This document shows positions 13,267-26,251 of a DNA stretch of 64,000 nt, in pieces. The stretch is from Escherichia coli (GTDB taxonomy: Bacteria > Pseudomonadota > Gammaproteobacteria > Enterobacterales > Enterobacteriaceae). Position 1 is the first letter of the stretch. Each line of letters begins with the position of its first letter. Location: the NCBI RefSeq assembly GCF_003991155.1, contig NZ_CP031293.1, one strand, 5' to 3'. The translations under genes were made by a program, and so were the position numbers. The notes under the pieces are model-generated. The model saw nothing but the letters and a program-made list of their open reading frames with translations, was not told the DNA's origin and made no database searches.

Positions 13267-13353
13267 GCTGAAAAACATAACCCATAAAATGCTAGCTGTA
13301 CCAGGAACCACCTCCTTAGCCTGTGTAATCTCCCTTACACGGGCTTATTTTTT
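13267..13353 (+). ncRNA. cyaR: CyaR (RyeE) Hfq-dependent sRNA
   Basis: 87-nt sequence GCTGAAAAACATAACCCATAAAATGCTAGCTGTACCAGGAACCACCTCCTTAGCCTGTGTAATCTCCCTTACACGGGCTTATTTTTT matches my memory of CyaR, including the terminal hairpin and U-run. Confidence 0.85.
13327..13353 (-). other. Phage P2-type attB core overlapping the cyaR terminator
   Basis: Reverse complement reads AAAAAATAAGCCCGTGTAAGGGAGATT, which I recall as the P2 att core; no prophage genes follow. Confidence 0.55.
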
Positions 13354-13511
13354 ATGCATAAGCCCTATCTCTGGTAACCGTCTTCCATTGACCACATCGA
13401 TAGAATCTCCCTTCATAGCACGATGCCTTTCACTTATTGGCATCGTGCTCGCACAGGTTCCGGTTACGCACAGCCAGAACGCGCATGTTTGACGCTTACC
13501 AAAAAATATTC

Positions 13512-13829
13512 TCACTCTCCACATTTGAATGTCAGACGAGCGACGCCATGTAATCCTGCACCTTCTGTCTTCAATTTAACTATCTGCATTTTTTTGCCCT
13601 GTGTAACACAGAAATGAACTGCATCATTTTTTACTATATTTTCTGCACCAGATATTCTACCCCTGGCTAAAGAAGCTTCGGCTTCGGTGTAGTATTGGTT
13701 ATCGAGTTTACGCTGAATATTACTTTTATATGCAAGACCAAATTTACCGATACTTGTCTCATCATTATGTACAGCACACCCAGACATAAGAAAAACACTA
13801 ATTAATGATATAGCAGCTATCTTTTTCAT
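13512..13829 (-). CDS. yegR: Lipoprotein YegR
   Basis: Start taken at MKKIAAISLISVFLMSGC (lipobox) inside the 13512..13889 ORF; 105 aa. Confidence 0.8.
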   Translation of the reverse strand: MKKIAAISLISVFLMSGCAVHNDETSIGKFGLAYKSNIQRKLDNQYYTEAEASLARGRISGAENIVKNDAVHFCVTQGKKMQIVKLKTEGAGLHGVARLTFKCGE

Positions 13830-14244
13830 CTTACCTTCCCCCATTAAATACCAACGACACGCTCTGGTGTTTAAATATAATAATGGCATGATTATTATAA
13901 TTGAATAGGATTATAATAAATGTTCTGTACAACATTTCCTACATAAGTAGGAATTACATACACGGATGCCCTTCCGGGTAACCCCATGGGGGGGGGGTAA
14001 TATATTTTTAATAGTAGATTGAAGATGCCACTGTTTAGTTGAATATTAGGTATATGCTCTTTTTTGAAATTTATCGGTGGCTGCCGTTAATATTCGCTGT
14101 TCCCATTGCAAGCTCCTGGTGGTAACCACTGAATCCCCATACCTGAACTGACTTTTTATCCTCCGACTTTCATCCTGTTCTGACTCCACCTTTTCTTTTC
14201 TGCTCTACACTATCTACAGACCAATCATAAAGGCACATACGATC

Positions 14245-15144
14245 ATGGCAGAATTTCCCGCCAGCTTACTGATTCTTAATGGCAAAAGTACTGACAATCT
14301 ACCCTTGCGCGAAGCAATTATGCTGTTGCGTGAGGAAGGAATGACGATCCATGTGCGGGTCACCTGGGAGAAAGGCGATGCCGCACGATATGTAGAGGAG
14401 GCCCGGAAGTTGGGCGTCGCAACGGTGATTGCCGGTGGTGGCGATGGCACCATTAATGAAGTTTCTACGGCGTTGATTCAGTGTGAGGGGGATGACATAC
14501 CCGCGCTGGGAATTTTGCCATTAGGAACCGCCAATGATTTTGCCACCAGTGTAGGGATTCCTGAGGCACTGGATAAGGCGCTGAAACTGGCAATTGCCGG
14601 TAACGCCATTGCAATAGATATGGCGCAGGTCAACAAACAAACCTGTTTTATTAATATGGCGACAGGCGGATTTGGGACGCGTATTACCACAGAAACGCCG
14701 GAAAAATTAAAAGCCGCGCTGGGTGGCGTCTCTTACATCATTCATGGCTTAATGCGCATGGATACTCTGCAACCGGACCGTTGTGAAATCCGCGGTGAAA
14801 ACTTTCACTGGCAAGGTGACGCCCTGGTCATTGGTATTGGTAACGGGCGTCAGGCTGGTGGCGGTCAGCAATTGTGCCCGAACGCGTTAATTAACGATGG
14901 CTTGCTGCAACTGCGCATTTTTACCGGCGATGAAATTCTTCCGGCTCTCGTATCAACCTTAAAATCTGACGAAGATAACCCGAATATTATCGAAGGCGCT
15001 TCGTCGTGGTTTGATATACAAGCCCCACACGAAATCACTTTTAATCTTGATGGCGAACCGTTGAGCGGACAAAACTTTCATATTGAAATACTTCCGGCGG
15101 CGTTGCGTTGTCGATTACCACCGGATTGTCCATTATTGCGTTAA
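14245..15144 (+). CDS. yegS: Lipid kinase YegS (DAGK catalytic-domain family)
   Basis: 299-aa ORF with diacylglycerol-kinase-like GGDGT motif. Confidence 0.9.
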   Translation: MAEFPASLLILNGKSTDNLPLREAIMLLREEGMTIHVRVTWEKGDAARYVEEARKLGVATVIAGGGDGTINEVSTALIQCEGDDIPALGILPLGTANDFATSVGIPEALDKALKLAIAGNAIAIDMAQVNKQTCFINMATGGFGTRITTETPEKLKAALGGVSYIIHGLMRMDTLQPDRCEIRGENFHWQGDALVIGIGNGRQAGGGQQLCPNALINDGLLQLRIFTGDEILPALVSTLKSDEDNPNIIEGASSWFDIQAPHEITFNLDGEPLSGQNFHIEILPAALRCRLPPDCPLLR

Positions 15145-15225
15145 TCAAACTATTCTCTCTTGAACCAGGGAAAATCCGTAATGCCGGATGCGGTGTAAAC
15201 AACTTATCCGGCATACAGAACAATA

Positions 15226-16005
15226 CTACACCGTAATTAATTTCACTCGTGTCTTCTGCAATGCCAGTTTATCCACCTCTGACACAGCATCGTCGGTAAT
15301 AATAATGTCAATTTTTTCGATTGGCAGTACCTGATTAAAACCGCGACGATTAAATTTCGATGAATCGAGAACGGCAATCACTTTATTTGCGGCTGTGACC
15401 ATCGCCCCGCTAATCGAATAGCCTTCATTAAAGGTCGTAATACCATTAACCGCATCAATACCATCAGCACCGACAAACATTAAATCGGCATTAATATCCT
15501 GCAATGAACGCTCAGCAATGGAGCCATGCATCGAGCGCGTTTTATGGCGGACCGTGCCACCGCAGACGACCAGAGTAATGTCTTTATTTTCGGAAAGGGC
15601 AAATGCTGCCGGGAGACTGTTGGTAATCACCGTGATATTTTTGGCGGTCATTAATCCTTCGGCGATAAGCATTGTCGTACTTCCGCTGTCGAGAATAACG
15701 GTCATCCCTTCGTGGATCATTTTGACTGCCGCCTGCGCTATTCTGTTTTTTGGCGCGCTGGCGAGCTGAAATCGCTCTTTAAACCCGACTTCCTGGGTCT
15801 CGGTTTCACTATTACCGGACATTATTTTCGCCGCACCGCCATGAAAGCGCGTAACCACGCCTTTTTGTTCGAGAAAGCGCAAATCGGCACGGATTGTCGC
15901 TTCCGAGGCAGCAAATACTCCCGCCAGATCCTGAACAAGCACGGTTCCCTGTTCATTCACTAATTGGATGATCTTATTCCTTCGCTCGAATGAATTCATC
16001 GTCAT
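15226..16005 (-). CDS. gatR: DeoR-family repressor of galactitol operon, intact
   Basis: 259-aa uninterrupted ORF with N-terminal HTH and DeoR sugar-binding domain; alternative start at 15999. Confidence 0.85.
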   Translation of the reverse strand: MTMNSFERRNKIIQLVNEQGTVLVQDLAGVFAASEATIRADLRFLEQKGVVTRFHGGAAKIMSGNSETETQEVGFKERFQLASAPKNRIAQAAVKMIHEGMTVILDSGSTTMLIAEGLMTAKNITVITNSLPAAFALSENKDITLVVCGGTVRHKTRSMHGSIAERSLQDINADLMFVGADGIDAVNGITTFNEGYSISGAMVTAANKVIAVLDSSKFNRRGFNQVLPIEKIDIIITDDAVSEVDKLALQKTRVKLITV

Positions 16006-16104
16006 TTACCCATATTCAATTGTGGCTAGTGTAAACGAAGGGGGACCATTGGTGAATGATCTGTTTTGCACAATACCGGGCCAGCATCACGCTGGCCCGC
16101 GGTT

Positions 16105-17145
16105 TCAGGGAATGAGCAACACTTTGCCCGGCATAGCATTACGAGCGATGTCACGCACCGCCTGGGCGAAGCTTTCAAAGCTTCCACGGTGAGCGATTAA
16201 TGGCTCCAGGCTTAACTTACGTTCTGTCAGCAACCGACTCGCCGTTTCCCACTCCTGCCCCGGCCAAGGGCTGGAGTAGTTCATCCAACTGCCGATAACC
16301 GTCAGCTCTTTACGTAATATTTTGCCAAACGTTGTCGATGTTAAATGCAGATCCTGATGCAACGTGCCCACCAGCGTCAGCTGGGCATGAGGCCCGGCAA
16401 TCTCTACCGCCAGTTCGACGGTTTGCGGGACGCCAGCCGTCTCGAGGATAAGCTGATTAAAGCGCAGCTCGCGTAAAACGCCCTGCATTTGCGGCGCGCT
16501 CATTTCAAGGCTGTTAAATGTTTGCATCGCACCGAAAGATTTTGCCAGTGCCAGTTTTTCTGAGCTAATGTCGATTGCCGTCACACTCTTTGCTCCCAGC
16601 GCGACAGCGCACTGAATGGCCAGCAGGCCAATGGTTCCGGCACCAATAATAATAACGTTTTTATTCTCACATCCTTGCGCTAAATGGAACGCATGCAGGC
16701 CAACGGTAATCGGTTCAATAAAAGCGCCATCCTCAATAGGCATATCCGCAGGTAGTGCAAAGACATTGTTTCGCTTAACGACAATATATTCGGCAAATCC
16801 ACCATCACGCCGTGAGCCAATAAAATCATATTTTGCGCACTGGGAATAAAACCCTTTCAGACACTCTGGACAAGTAAAACAGGGTAATAACGGCACACAG
16901 GCAACCGCATCGCCGGGGTGTAAATCATCAACACCGGATCCCACCGCATCAATATAGCCGCTAAATTCATGGCCTAACGTTATTGGATAATAATGTGCAC
17001 CATTTTTAAATATCCTGGGTAAATCGGAACCACATAAGCCCGAGCTTGCAATTTTTACCCGCACCTCATCCTGATGTTTAATTTCAGGAATGACGCTTTC
17101 TGCAACGCGCACGATACCATCAGTATCATTCACCACTGATTTCAT
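16105..17145 (-). CDS. gatD: Galactitol-1-phosphate 5-dehydrogenase
   Basis: 346-aa zinc-type alcohol dehydrogenase fold; gat operon position. Confidence 0.9.
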   Translation of the reverse strand: MKSVVNDTDGIVRVAESVIPEIKHQDEVRVKIASSGLCGSDLPRIFKNGAHYYPITLGHEFSGYIDAVGSGVDDLHPGDAVACVPLLPCFTCPECLKGFYSQCAKYDFIGSRRDGGFAEYIVVKRNNVFALPADMPIEDGAFIEPITVGLHAFHLAQGCENKNVIIIGAGTIGLLAIQCAVALGAKSVTAIDISSEKLALAKSFGAMQTFNSLEMSAPQMQGVLRELRFNQLILETAGVPQTVELAVEIAGPHAQLTLVGTLHQDLHLTSTTFGKILRKELTVIGSWMNYSSPWPGQEWETASRLLTERKLSLEPLIAHRGSFESFAQAVRDIARNAMPGKVLLIP

Positions 17146-17192
17146 AAAAACTCCTGATTGTTAAGGGGGATTACCTCCCCCTCAGGTAAAAA

Positions 17193-18548
17193 TTATTCTG
17201 CGAGAACGGCTTTCTCTTGTTTAATAAAACCACGCGCTCTACGCCAGGTCATGAAAATACCGGTCAGATAAATTGCGCCGATAATAATGAAACCGGGAAT
17301 ATTTTGCGGGGAGAAAACCTGAATCAGTAACCAGGTAATGGGAGAACCGCCCTGATCCATTGAAGCCACCATACCCCCGGCTTTTAACGCGCCCGCATTA
17401 GCCGCCAGTTGGGTGTGCAAACCAATAGTTTGCGTAGCGATCCACAGGGTGATGCTCATAATGATGACACCCGAGATTAAGGTGCGGAACAGATTTCCAC
17501 GATGCACCGCGACCGCCATCGCCACAAAGAAGCCGATGGTGGCAAGGTCGCCAAACGGCAGCACCTGATTACCCGGCACACAAACAGCAATTAAAATGGT
17601 GAGCGGGATAAAAATCAGGCTTGCCGATACCACTGCCGTATGCCCCAGCAACAACGCCGGATCAAGGCCAATCAGGAACTCCTGACCGCCGAACTTCGCC
17701 TGTAAACGACTACGGGCCTGCTTAGCGATGGGCGTTAAACCATCCATGATAGGTTTAATCACCCGTGGCATCAGCAGCATAACTGCCGCCGTTTTTACCG
17801 CCAGCTGCAATACACCTTTGACATCGTAACCCGCAAGGATGCCGATAATCAGCCCCATCACAAAACCCACGGTGACCGGTTCGCCAAAAGGGCCAAATTT
17901 GCGCTGAATATCATCGGCGCTAAATTTAATTCGGTTAACGCCTGGGATTTTCTCGATGATAGCATCGACCAGCACCGCAATCGGCCCCATATACGCCGAC
18001 GTACCGTGCGGAATAGCAATGCCTTCCAGCTCAAAGAAATTTCGGGTATCGCGGGCAAACCAGTCGCCGAGCTTATAAACAAACGCCGCGTGAATTACCA
18101 CACCCGCCATCCCTATCATCCATGAACCGGTTGCCAGATGCAGCAACGCGCCGGTGAAGGTCATATGCCAGATATTCCAGATATCAACATTTACCACCCG
18201 CGTCATACGGGTCAGTAACATCGCCACGTTAACCAGAATCGCAATCGGAATCGCCACCAGCGCAATTTGCGACGCCCAGGTCATGGGTGAAGAGCCCGGC
18301 CAGCCGACATCGACCACATGCAGATTCAGGTCGAAATTTTCCGCCATCGCTTTCGCCGCCGGACCAATGGAATCCAGCATTAAGCCAATCACAAGGCCAA
18401 TGCCAACAAAGCCAATCCCGATATGCAGACCCGCTTTAAAGCAATCGCCTGCCTTCATGCCTAATATTTTAGAAAAAATAATGATGACAATCGGCAGCAT
18501 CACCGTAGGGCCGAGGTCGAGAATATAACGCATGACTTCTGAAAACAT
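17193..18548 (-). CDS. gatC: PTS galactitol-specific EIIC
   Basis: 451-aa polytopic membrane ORF between gatD and gatB. Confidence 0.9.
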   Translation of the reverse strand: MFSEVMRYILDLGPTVMLPIVIIIFSKILGMKAGDCFKAGLHIGIGFVGIGLVIGLMLDSIGPAAKAMAENFDLNLHVVDVGWPGSSPMTWASQIALVAIPIAILVNVAMLLTRMTRVVNVDIWNIWHMTFTGALLHLATGSWMIGMAGVVIHAAFVYKLGDWFARDTRNFFELEGIAIPHGTSAYMGPIAVLVDAIIEKIPGVNRIKFSADDIQRKFGPFGEPVTVGFVMGLIIGILAGYDVKGVLQLAVKTAAVMLLMPRVIKPIMDGLTPIAKQARSRLQAKFGGQEFLIGLDPALLLGHTAVVSASLIFIPLTILIAVCVPGNQVLPFGDLATIGFFVAMAVAVHRGNLFRTLISGVIIMSITLWIATQTIGLHTQLAANAGALKAGGMVASMDQGGSPITWLLIQVFSPQNIPGFIIIGAIYLTGIFMTWRRARGFIKQEKAVLAE

Positions 18549-18551
18549 AGG

Positions 18552-18836
18552 TCACCCCTGTAAGATAGTCAGAATTTTATTTTGTAATGCTTCGATACCG
18601 ACACCAGAAACAAAAGGCATGCCGTGAACTAACGGAATATTGCCAAAACTACGATCTACCCTGGCAGTGGTGCATATCAAATGCACGCCATCCATATAGG
18701 TTTCTATTTCATTAACCCGACACTGGATTAATTCAACAGGAATATTATGACTCTGACACAACTCTTTAATTTCTTCCGCCGCCATCGTAGAGGTCGCAAC
18801 CGCACCTCCGCAAGCGACAATAATTTTGCGTTTCAT
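18552..18836 (-). CDS. gatB: PTS galactitol-specific EIIB
   Basis: 94-aa ORF with N-terminal Cys ([11 protein letters not shown]). Confidence 0.9.
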   Translation of the reverse strand: MKRKIIVACGGAVATSTMAAEEIKELCQSHNIPVELIQCRVNEIETYMDGVHLICTTARVDRSFGNIPLVHGMPFVSGVGIEALQNKILTILQG

Positions 18837-18866
18837 AAATAGTCCTTTTTATTGTTACAGAGGGAT

Positions 18867-19319
18867 TTATTCGTCTGAATCTAAAACATACTTTGTGAAG
18901 TATTCCTTTAACTGGGTTTCAGGAAGAGTGATTAGTGTCTCGACGATATCGGGCTGTTGTAACTTGCCAAATAAACAGCGTAAAAGTTTCAATTGCTGCT
19001 GCGGATTTTCCACAATCAACGCAATAACCAACGATACCGCCACGTCGTTATCATCATCCGCTTGCTGAAAATGAACTTTATTTGTTGGCCTTAACAGATA
19101 AATGGCTGACGACTTAGCATGAATCGCCTCACAATGTGGTATTGCAATGGCGTGCTGCTCAAGCATTATCCCGGTAGGGAATTCTGCTTCTCTGGCAATT
19201 AATGCCTGTGGCCAGGTATCATGAACCACACCTTTCGCGAGCATCTCATTACCGATATGGGTTAAAACTTCGCTACGATCGACAAAAGAAATTCCGCTAC
19301 GAACAAACAGGTTAGTCAT
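18867..19319 (-). CDS. gatA: PTS galactitol-specific EIIA
   Basis: 150-aa ORF in gat operon order. Confidence 0.9.
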   Translation of the reverse strand: MTNLFVRSGISFVDRSEVLTHIGNEMLAKGVVHDTWPQALIAREAEFPTGIMLEQHAIAIPHCEAIHAKSSAIYLLRPTNKVHFQQADDDNDVAVSLVIALIVENPQQQLKLLRCLFGKLQQPDIVETLITLPETQLKEYFTKYVLDSDE

Positions 19320-19328
19320 ATACCGTCC

Positions 19329-21528
<2,200 letters not shown>

Positions 21529-21588
21529 TTAAATGTCGAGATAACGATCACAAAAACGACAATTCGAAAATTAATCAGAATGACAGGC

Positions 21589-21617
21589 AAAAAAACGGCC
21601 TCCCGATAGGGAAGCCG
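21589..21617 (-). terminator. Putative rho-independent terminator of fbaB
   Basis: Hairpin CGGCCTCCC-GATA-GGGAAGCCG followed on the minus strand by a U7 run; approximate. Confidence 0.5.
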
Positions 21618-21701
21618 TAGCAAAGTGCGCGTGTTTTTATGCCGGATGCGACGTAAACGCCTTTTCCGTTATACGGGGTAGTGCTGTTCGTATAAGGCGT
21701 A

Positions 21702-22754
21702 TCAGGCGATAGTAATTTTGCTATCGAGATAAACGTCCTGCACGGCGTTAATCAGTTTCACGCCGTCAGCCATCGATTTCTTGAACGCCTTACGTCCAAG
21801 AATCAGCCCCATTCCGCCAGCGCGTTTGTTGATAACCGCAGTACGCACTGCATCGCTGAGGTCAGTTTCACCGCCCGCAGCACCGCCGGAGTTTATCAAC
21901 CCAGCCCGGCCCATATAGCAGTTAGCTAACTGATAACGCACCAGATCAATCGGGTTTTCGCTGGTCAATTTGCTGTAAACACGATCGTCGGTATAACCGT
22001 AATTAATCGCTTTATAGCCGCCGTTATTTTCCGCCATTTTTTGTTTGACGATATCCGCACCTATGGTCGCCGCCAGATGGTTCGCCTGACCAGTCAGGTC
22101 GGCGGAAACATGGTAATCAACGCCATCTTTCTTAAAGGCGGAGTTACGCAAATAGGCCCACAGCACTGTCACCATGCCCAGCTCGTGCGCACGTTCAAAA
22201 GCCGCAGAAATTTCTTCAATCTGGCGACGTGACTCTTCCGAGCCAAAATAGATAGTCGCACCAACCGCCACCGCGCCCATATTGAACGCCTGCTCCACGC
22301 TGGCATACAGCGTTTGATCGTAGGTATTCGGGTAACTTAGCGTCTCGTTGTGATTAAGTTTGACGAGGAATGGAATGCGATGCGCGTAACGCCGCGATAC
22401 CGATGCCAGCACGCCGTAAGTTGACGCCACACAGTTACAGCCCGCTTCGATCGCCAGTTCAACAATGTTTTTCGGGTCAAAGTAGAGCGGGTTAGCGGCA
22501 AATGAAGCTCCGGCAGAGTGCTCAACGCCCTGGTCAACCGGCAGAATAGAAAGATATCCTGTGCCAGCCAGACGCCCGGTGTTGTACAACGTCTGCATAT
22601 TACGTAACACCGCTGGCGGGCGATTATTGTCAATCATCACGCGGTCTACGTAGTCATGTCCGGGGAGATAAAGCTGGTCAGAAGGAATAGTCATACAACG
22701 GTGCTGTAAAAGGTTGTCGGCGTCTTTGCCAAGCAACTGCGCAATATCTGTCAT
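21702..22754 (-). CDS. fbaB: Fructose-bisphosphate aldolase class I
   Basis: Start at [10 protein letters not shown] inside the 374-aa ORF gives 350 aa. Confidence 0.9.
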
Positions 22755-23010
22755 TACTATGCTCCCGTAAATTCCGATTGGATATCGGCTATGGATTGTC
22801 CTGGCCCGCCTTTTGCGGGCAATCATAATCCTGGTCGTTACGGGCGAGTTTTTCCATCTTTTGGATGTTTTTTCAGCGTTTTCTGTTGGCTCGATTCATC
22901 AGAAAAAATGTTACAGCGGTCAAGCTTTCACCGCAAAGGTATTTAAAAGGTATTATTAAGTGGTATTGTCATCGCGTACCTTACATTACCTGTCATGAAG
23001 GAATTAAAAG

Positions 23011-24288
23011 ATGAAAACAACAGCAAAGCTGTCGTTCATGATGTTTGTTGAATGGTTTATCTGGGGCGCGTGGTTTGTGCCATTGTGGTTGTGGTTAAGT
23101 AAAAGCGGTTTTAGTGCCGGAGAAATTGGCTGGTCGTATGCCTGTACCGCCATTGCGGCGATCCTGTCGCCGATTCTGGTTGGCTCCATCACTGACCGCT
23201 TTTTCTCGGCACAGAAAGTGCTGGCGGTATTGATGTTCGCTGGTGCGGTGCTGATGTATTTCGCCGCGCAACAGACCACTTTTGCCGGGTTCTTCCCGTT
23301 ACTGCTGGCCTACTCGCTAACCTATATGCCGACCATTGCGCTGACTAACAGTATCGCTTTTGCCAACGTGCCGGATGTGGAGCGTGATTTCCCGCGCATT
23401 CGTGTGATGGGGACTATCGGCTGGATTGCCTCTGGTCTGGCATGTGGATTCTTGCCGCAAATGCTGGGTTATGCCGATATCTCACCGACGAACATCCCGC
23501 TGCTGATTACTGCCGGAAGTTCTGCTCTGCTTGGTGTGTTTGCGTTTTTTCTGCCCGACACGCCACCAAAAAGCACCGGCAAAATGGATATTAAAGTCAT
23601 GCTCGGCCTGGATGCGCTGATCCTGCTGCGCGATAAGAACTTCCTCGTCTTTTTCTTCTGTTCATTCCTGTTTGCGATGCCACTGGCGTTCTATTACATC
23701 TTTGCCAACGGTTATCTGACCGAAGTTGGCATGAAAAACGCCACTGGCTGGATGACGCTCGGCCAGTTCTCTGAAATCTTCTTTATGCTGGCATTGCCGT
23801 TTTTCACTAAACGCTTTGGTATCAAAAAGGTATTGTTGCTTGGTCTGGTCACCGCTGCGATCCGCTATGGCTTCTTTATTTACGGTAGTGCGGATGAATA
23901 TTTCACCTACGCGTTACTGTTCCTCGGTATTTTGCTGCACGGCGTAAGTTACGATTTTTACTACGTTACCGCATACATCTATGTCGATAAAAAAGCCCCC
24001 GTGCATATGCGTACCGCCGCGCAGGGGCTGATCACGCTCTGCTGCCAGGGCTTCGGCAGTTTGCTCGGCTATCGTCTTGGCGGTGTGATGATGGAAAAGA
24101 TGTTCGCTTATCAGGAACCGGTAAACGGACTGACTTTCAACTGGGCCGGGATGTGGACTTTCGGCGCGGTGATGATTGCCATTATCGCCGTGCTGTTCAT
24201 GATTTTTTTCCGCGAATCCGACAACGAAATTACGGCTATCAAGGTCGATGATCGCGATATTGCGTTGACACAAGGGGAAGTTAAATGA
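23011..24288 (+). CDS. yegT: MFS nucleoside permease-family transporter
   Basis: 425-aa 12-TM ORF, first gene of the yegTUV cluster. Confidence 0.9.
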   Translation: MKTTAKLSFMMFVEWFIWGAWFVPLWLWLSKSGFSAGEIGWSYACTAIAAILSPILVGSITDRFFSAQKVLAVLMFAGAVLMYFAAQQTTFAGFFPLLLAYSLTYMPTIALTNSIAFANVPDVERDFPRIRVMGTIGWIASGLACGFLPQMLGYADISPTNIPLLITAGSSALLGVFAFFLPDTPPKSTGKMDIKVMLGLDALILLRDKNFLVFFFCSFLFAMPLAFYYIFANGYLTEVGMKNATGWMTLGQFSEIFFMLALPFFTKRFGIKKVLLLGLVTAAIRYGFFIYGSADEYFTYALLFLGILLHGVSYDFYYVTAYIYVDKKAPVHMRTAAQGLITLCCQGFGSLLGYRLGGVMMEKMFAYQEPVNGLTFNWAGMWTFGAVMIAIIAVLFMIFFRESDNEITAIKVDDRDIALTQGEVK

Positions 24289-25289
24289 AAACAGAACGTA
24301 TTCTCGGTGCTCTTTATGGGCAGGCGTTAGGGGATGCGATGGGGATGCCCTCCGAGCTTTGGCCACGCAGCCGCGTTAAAGCACACTTTGGCTGGATTGA
24401 CCATTTTCTGCCTGGACCAAAGGAGAATAACGCAGCCTGTTATTTTAACCGCGCCGAATTCACCGACGATACCTCGATGGCGCTGTGTCTGGCGGATGCG
24501 TTACTGGAACGTGAAGGCGAGATCGATCCGGATCTGATTGGGCGTAATATTCTCGACTGGGCGCTGCGTTTCGACGCCTTTAACAAAAACGTACTAGGTC
24601 CGACCTCGAAGATTGCGCTTAACGCCATTCGCGACGGTAAACCCGTTGCTGAACTGGAAAATAACGGCGTGACCAACGGCGCAGCGATGCGCGTCTCGCC
24701 ATTAGGTTGTTTGCTTCCGGCGCGTGATGTTGATTCCTTTATTGATGATGTGGCGCTGGCCTCCAGCCCGACCCATAAATCCGATCTGGCAGTTGCAGGT
24801 GCGGTAGTCATCGCATGGGCGATTTCTCGTGCCATTGACGGAGAAAGCTGGTCAGCGATTGTTGATTCACTGCCTTCAATTGCGCGACATGCACAGCAAA
24901 AACGCATCACTACCTTCAGCGCCTCACTGGCAGCACGTCTGGAGATTGCGCTGAAAATTGTGCGCAATGCCGACGGCACCGAATCCGCCAGCGAACAGCT
25001 GTATCAGGTCGTTGGCGCAGGTACCAGCACTATTGAGTCCGTTCCGTGCGCCATTGCGCTGGTTGAACTGGCACAAACCGACCCGAATCGCTGCGCCGTC
25101 CTGTGCGCTAACCTTGGCGGCGACACAGACACCATAGGTGCTATGGCGACGGCAATTTGCGGCGCGTTGCATGGCGTTAACGCTATCGATCCTGCGTTAA
25201 AGGCGGAACTGGATGCGGTAAATCAGCTTGATTTCAACCGCTATGCCACAGCGCTGGCGAAGTATCGCCAACAACGGGAGGCGGTATGA
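24285..25289 (+). CDS. yegU: ADP-ribosylglycohydrolase-family protein
   Basis: 334-aa ORF overlapping yegT stop and yegV start. Confidence 0.85.
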   Translation: MKTERILGALYGQALGDAMGMPSELWPRSRVKAHFGWIDHFLPGPKENNAACYFNRAEFTDDTSMALCLADALLEREGEIDPDLIGRNILDWALRFDAFNKNVLGPTSKIALNAIRDGKPVAELENNGVTNGAAMRVSPLGCLLPARDVDSFIDDVALASSPTHKSDLAVAGAVVIAWAISRAIDGESWSAIVDSLPSIARHAQQKRITTFSASLAARLEIALKIVRNADGTESASEQLYQVVGAGTSTIESVPCAIALVELAQTDPNRCAVLCANLGGDTDTIGAMATAICGALHGVNAIDPALKAELDAVNQLDFNRYATALAKYRQQREAV

Positions 25290-26251
25290 GCAGCGCTCGA
25301 TTACACACGCTGCTGCCTGAATTAACCACGCGTCAGCCAGTGATGGTCGTCGGCGCGGCGGTCATTGATGTGATCGCCGACGCTTATGCCCTCCCCTGGC
25401 GTGGGTGCGATATCGAACTGAAACAGCAGAGCGTTAACGTTGGCGGCTGTGCACTGAATATTGCCGTGGCATTAAAGCGCCTCGGCATCGAAGCGGGTAA
25501 TGCCTTGCCGCTCGGTCAGGGGGTGTGGGCGGAGATTATTCGCAACCGGATGGCAAAAGAGGACTTAATCAGCCTGATCGATAACGCCGAAGGTGATAAC
25601 GGCTGGTGTCTGGCGCTGGTTGAGCCGGATGGCGAACGCACTTTTATGTCATTCAGCGGTGTGGAAAATCAGTGGAATCGCCAATGGCTGGCACGATTAA
25701 CCGTTGCGCCTGGCAGCCTGCTCTATTTTTCCGGTTATCAACTGGCCTCGCCCTGCGGCGAATTGTTAGTGGAATGGCTGGAAGAGCTGCAAGACGTGAC
25801 GCCATTTATCGATTTTGGCCCACGTATTGGCGATATCCCGGATGCATTACTGGCGCGGATCATGGCCTGTCGACCTTTAGTGTCACTCAATCGTCAAGAG
25901 GCTGAGATTGCCGCCGAACGTTTTGCTCTATCCGCAGAGATAACAACACTAGGCAAGCAATGGCAGGAGAAATTTGCCGCGCCGTTGATCGTTCGTCTCG
26001 ATAAAGAGGGCGCATGGTATTTCAGCAACGACGCTTCTGGCTGCATTCCGGCATTTCCAACGCAAGTTGTAGACACCATTGGGGCGGGCGACAGTCATGC
26101 CGGCGGCGTACTTGCCGGGCTGGCCTCTGGTCTGCCACTGGCGGATGCCGTATTACTGGGCAATGCAGTGGCGTCGTGGGTTGTCGGGCATCGGGGCGGT
26201 GATTGTGCGCCAACGCGCGAGGAACTACTCCTCGCACACAAAAACGTATAG
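25286..26251 (+). CDS. yegV: PfkB-family sugar/nucleoside kinase
   Basis: 321-aa ORF with C-terminal GAGD motif. Confidence 0.85.
   Translation: MSSARLHTLLPELTTRQPVMVVGAAVIDVIADAYALPWRGCDIELKQQSVNVGGCALNIAVALKRLGIEAGNALPLGQGVWAEIIRNRMAKEDLISLIDNAEGDNGWCLALVEPDGERTFMSFSGVENQWNRQWLARLTVAPGSLLYFSGYQLASPCGELLVEWLEELQDVTPFIDFGPRIGDIPDALLARIMACRPLVSLNRQEAEIAAERFALSAEITTLGKQWQEKFAAPLIVRLDKEGAWYFSNDASGCIPAFPTQVVDTIGAGDSHAGGVLAGLASGLPLADAVLLGNAVASWVVGHRGGDCAPTREELLLAHKNV

Noticed and set aside
13596-13612. CCCTGTGTAAC motif downstream of cyaR as a possible second att copy
   Set aside because: Only about 9 bp of similarity to the cyaR 3' region; too short to distinguish from chance.
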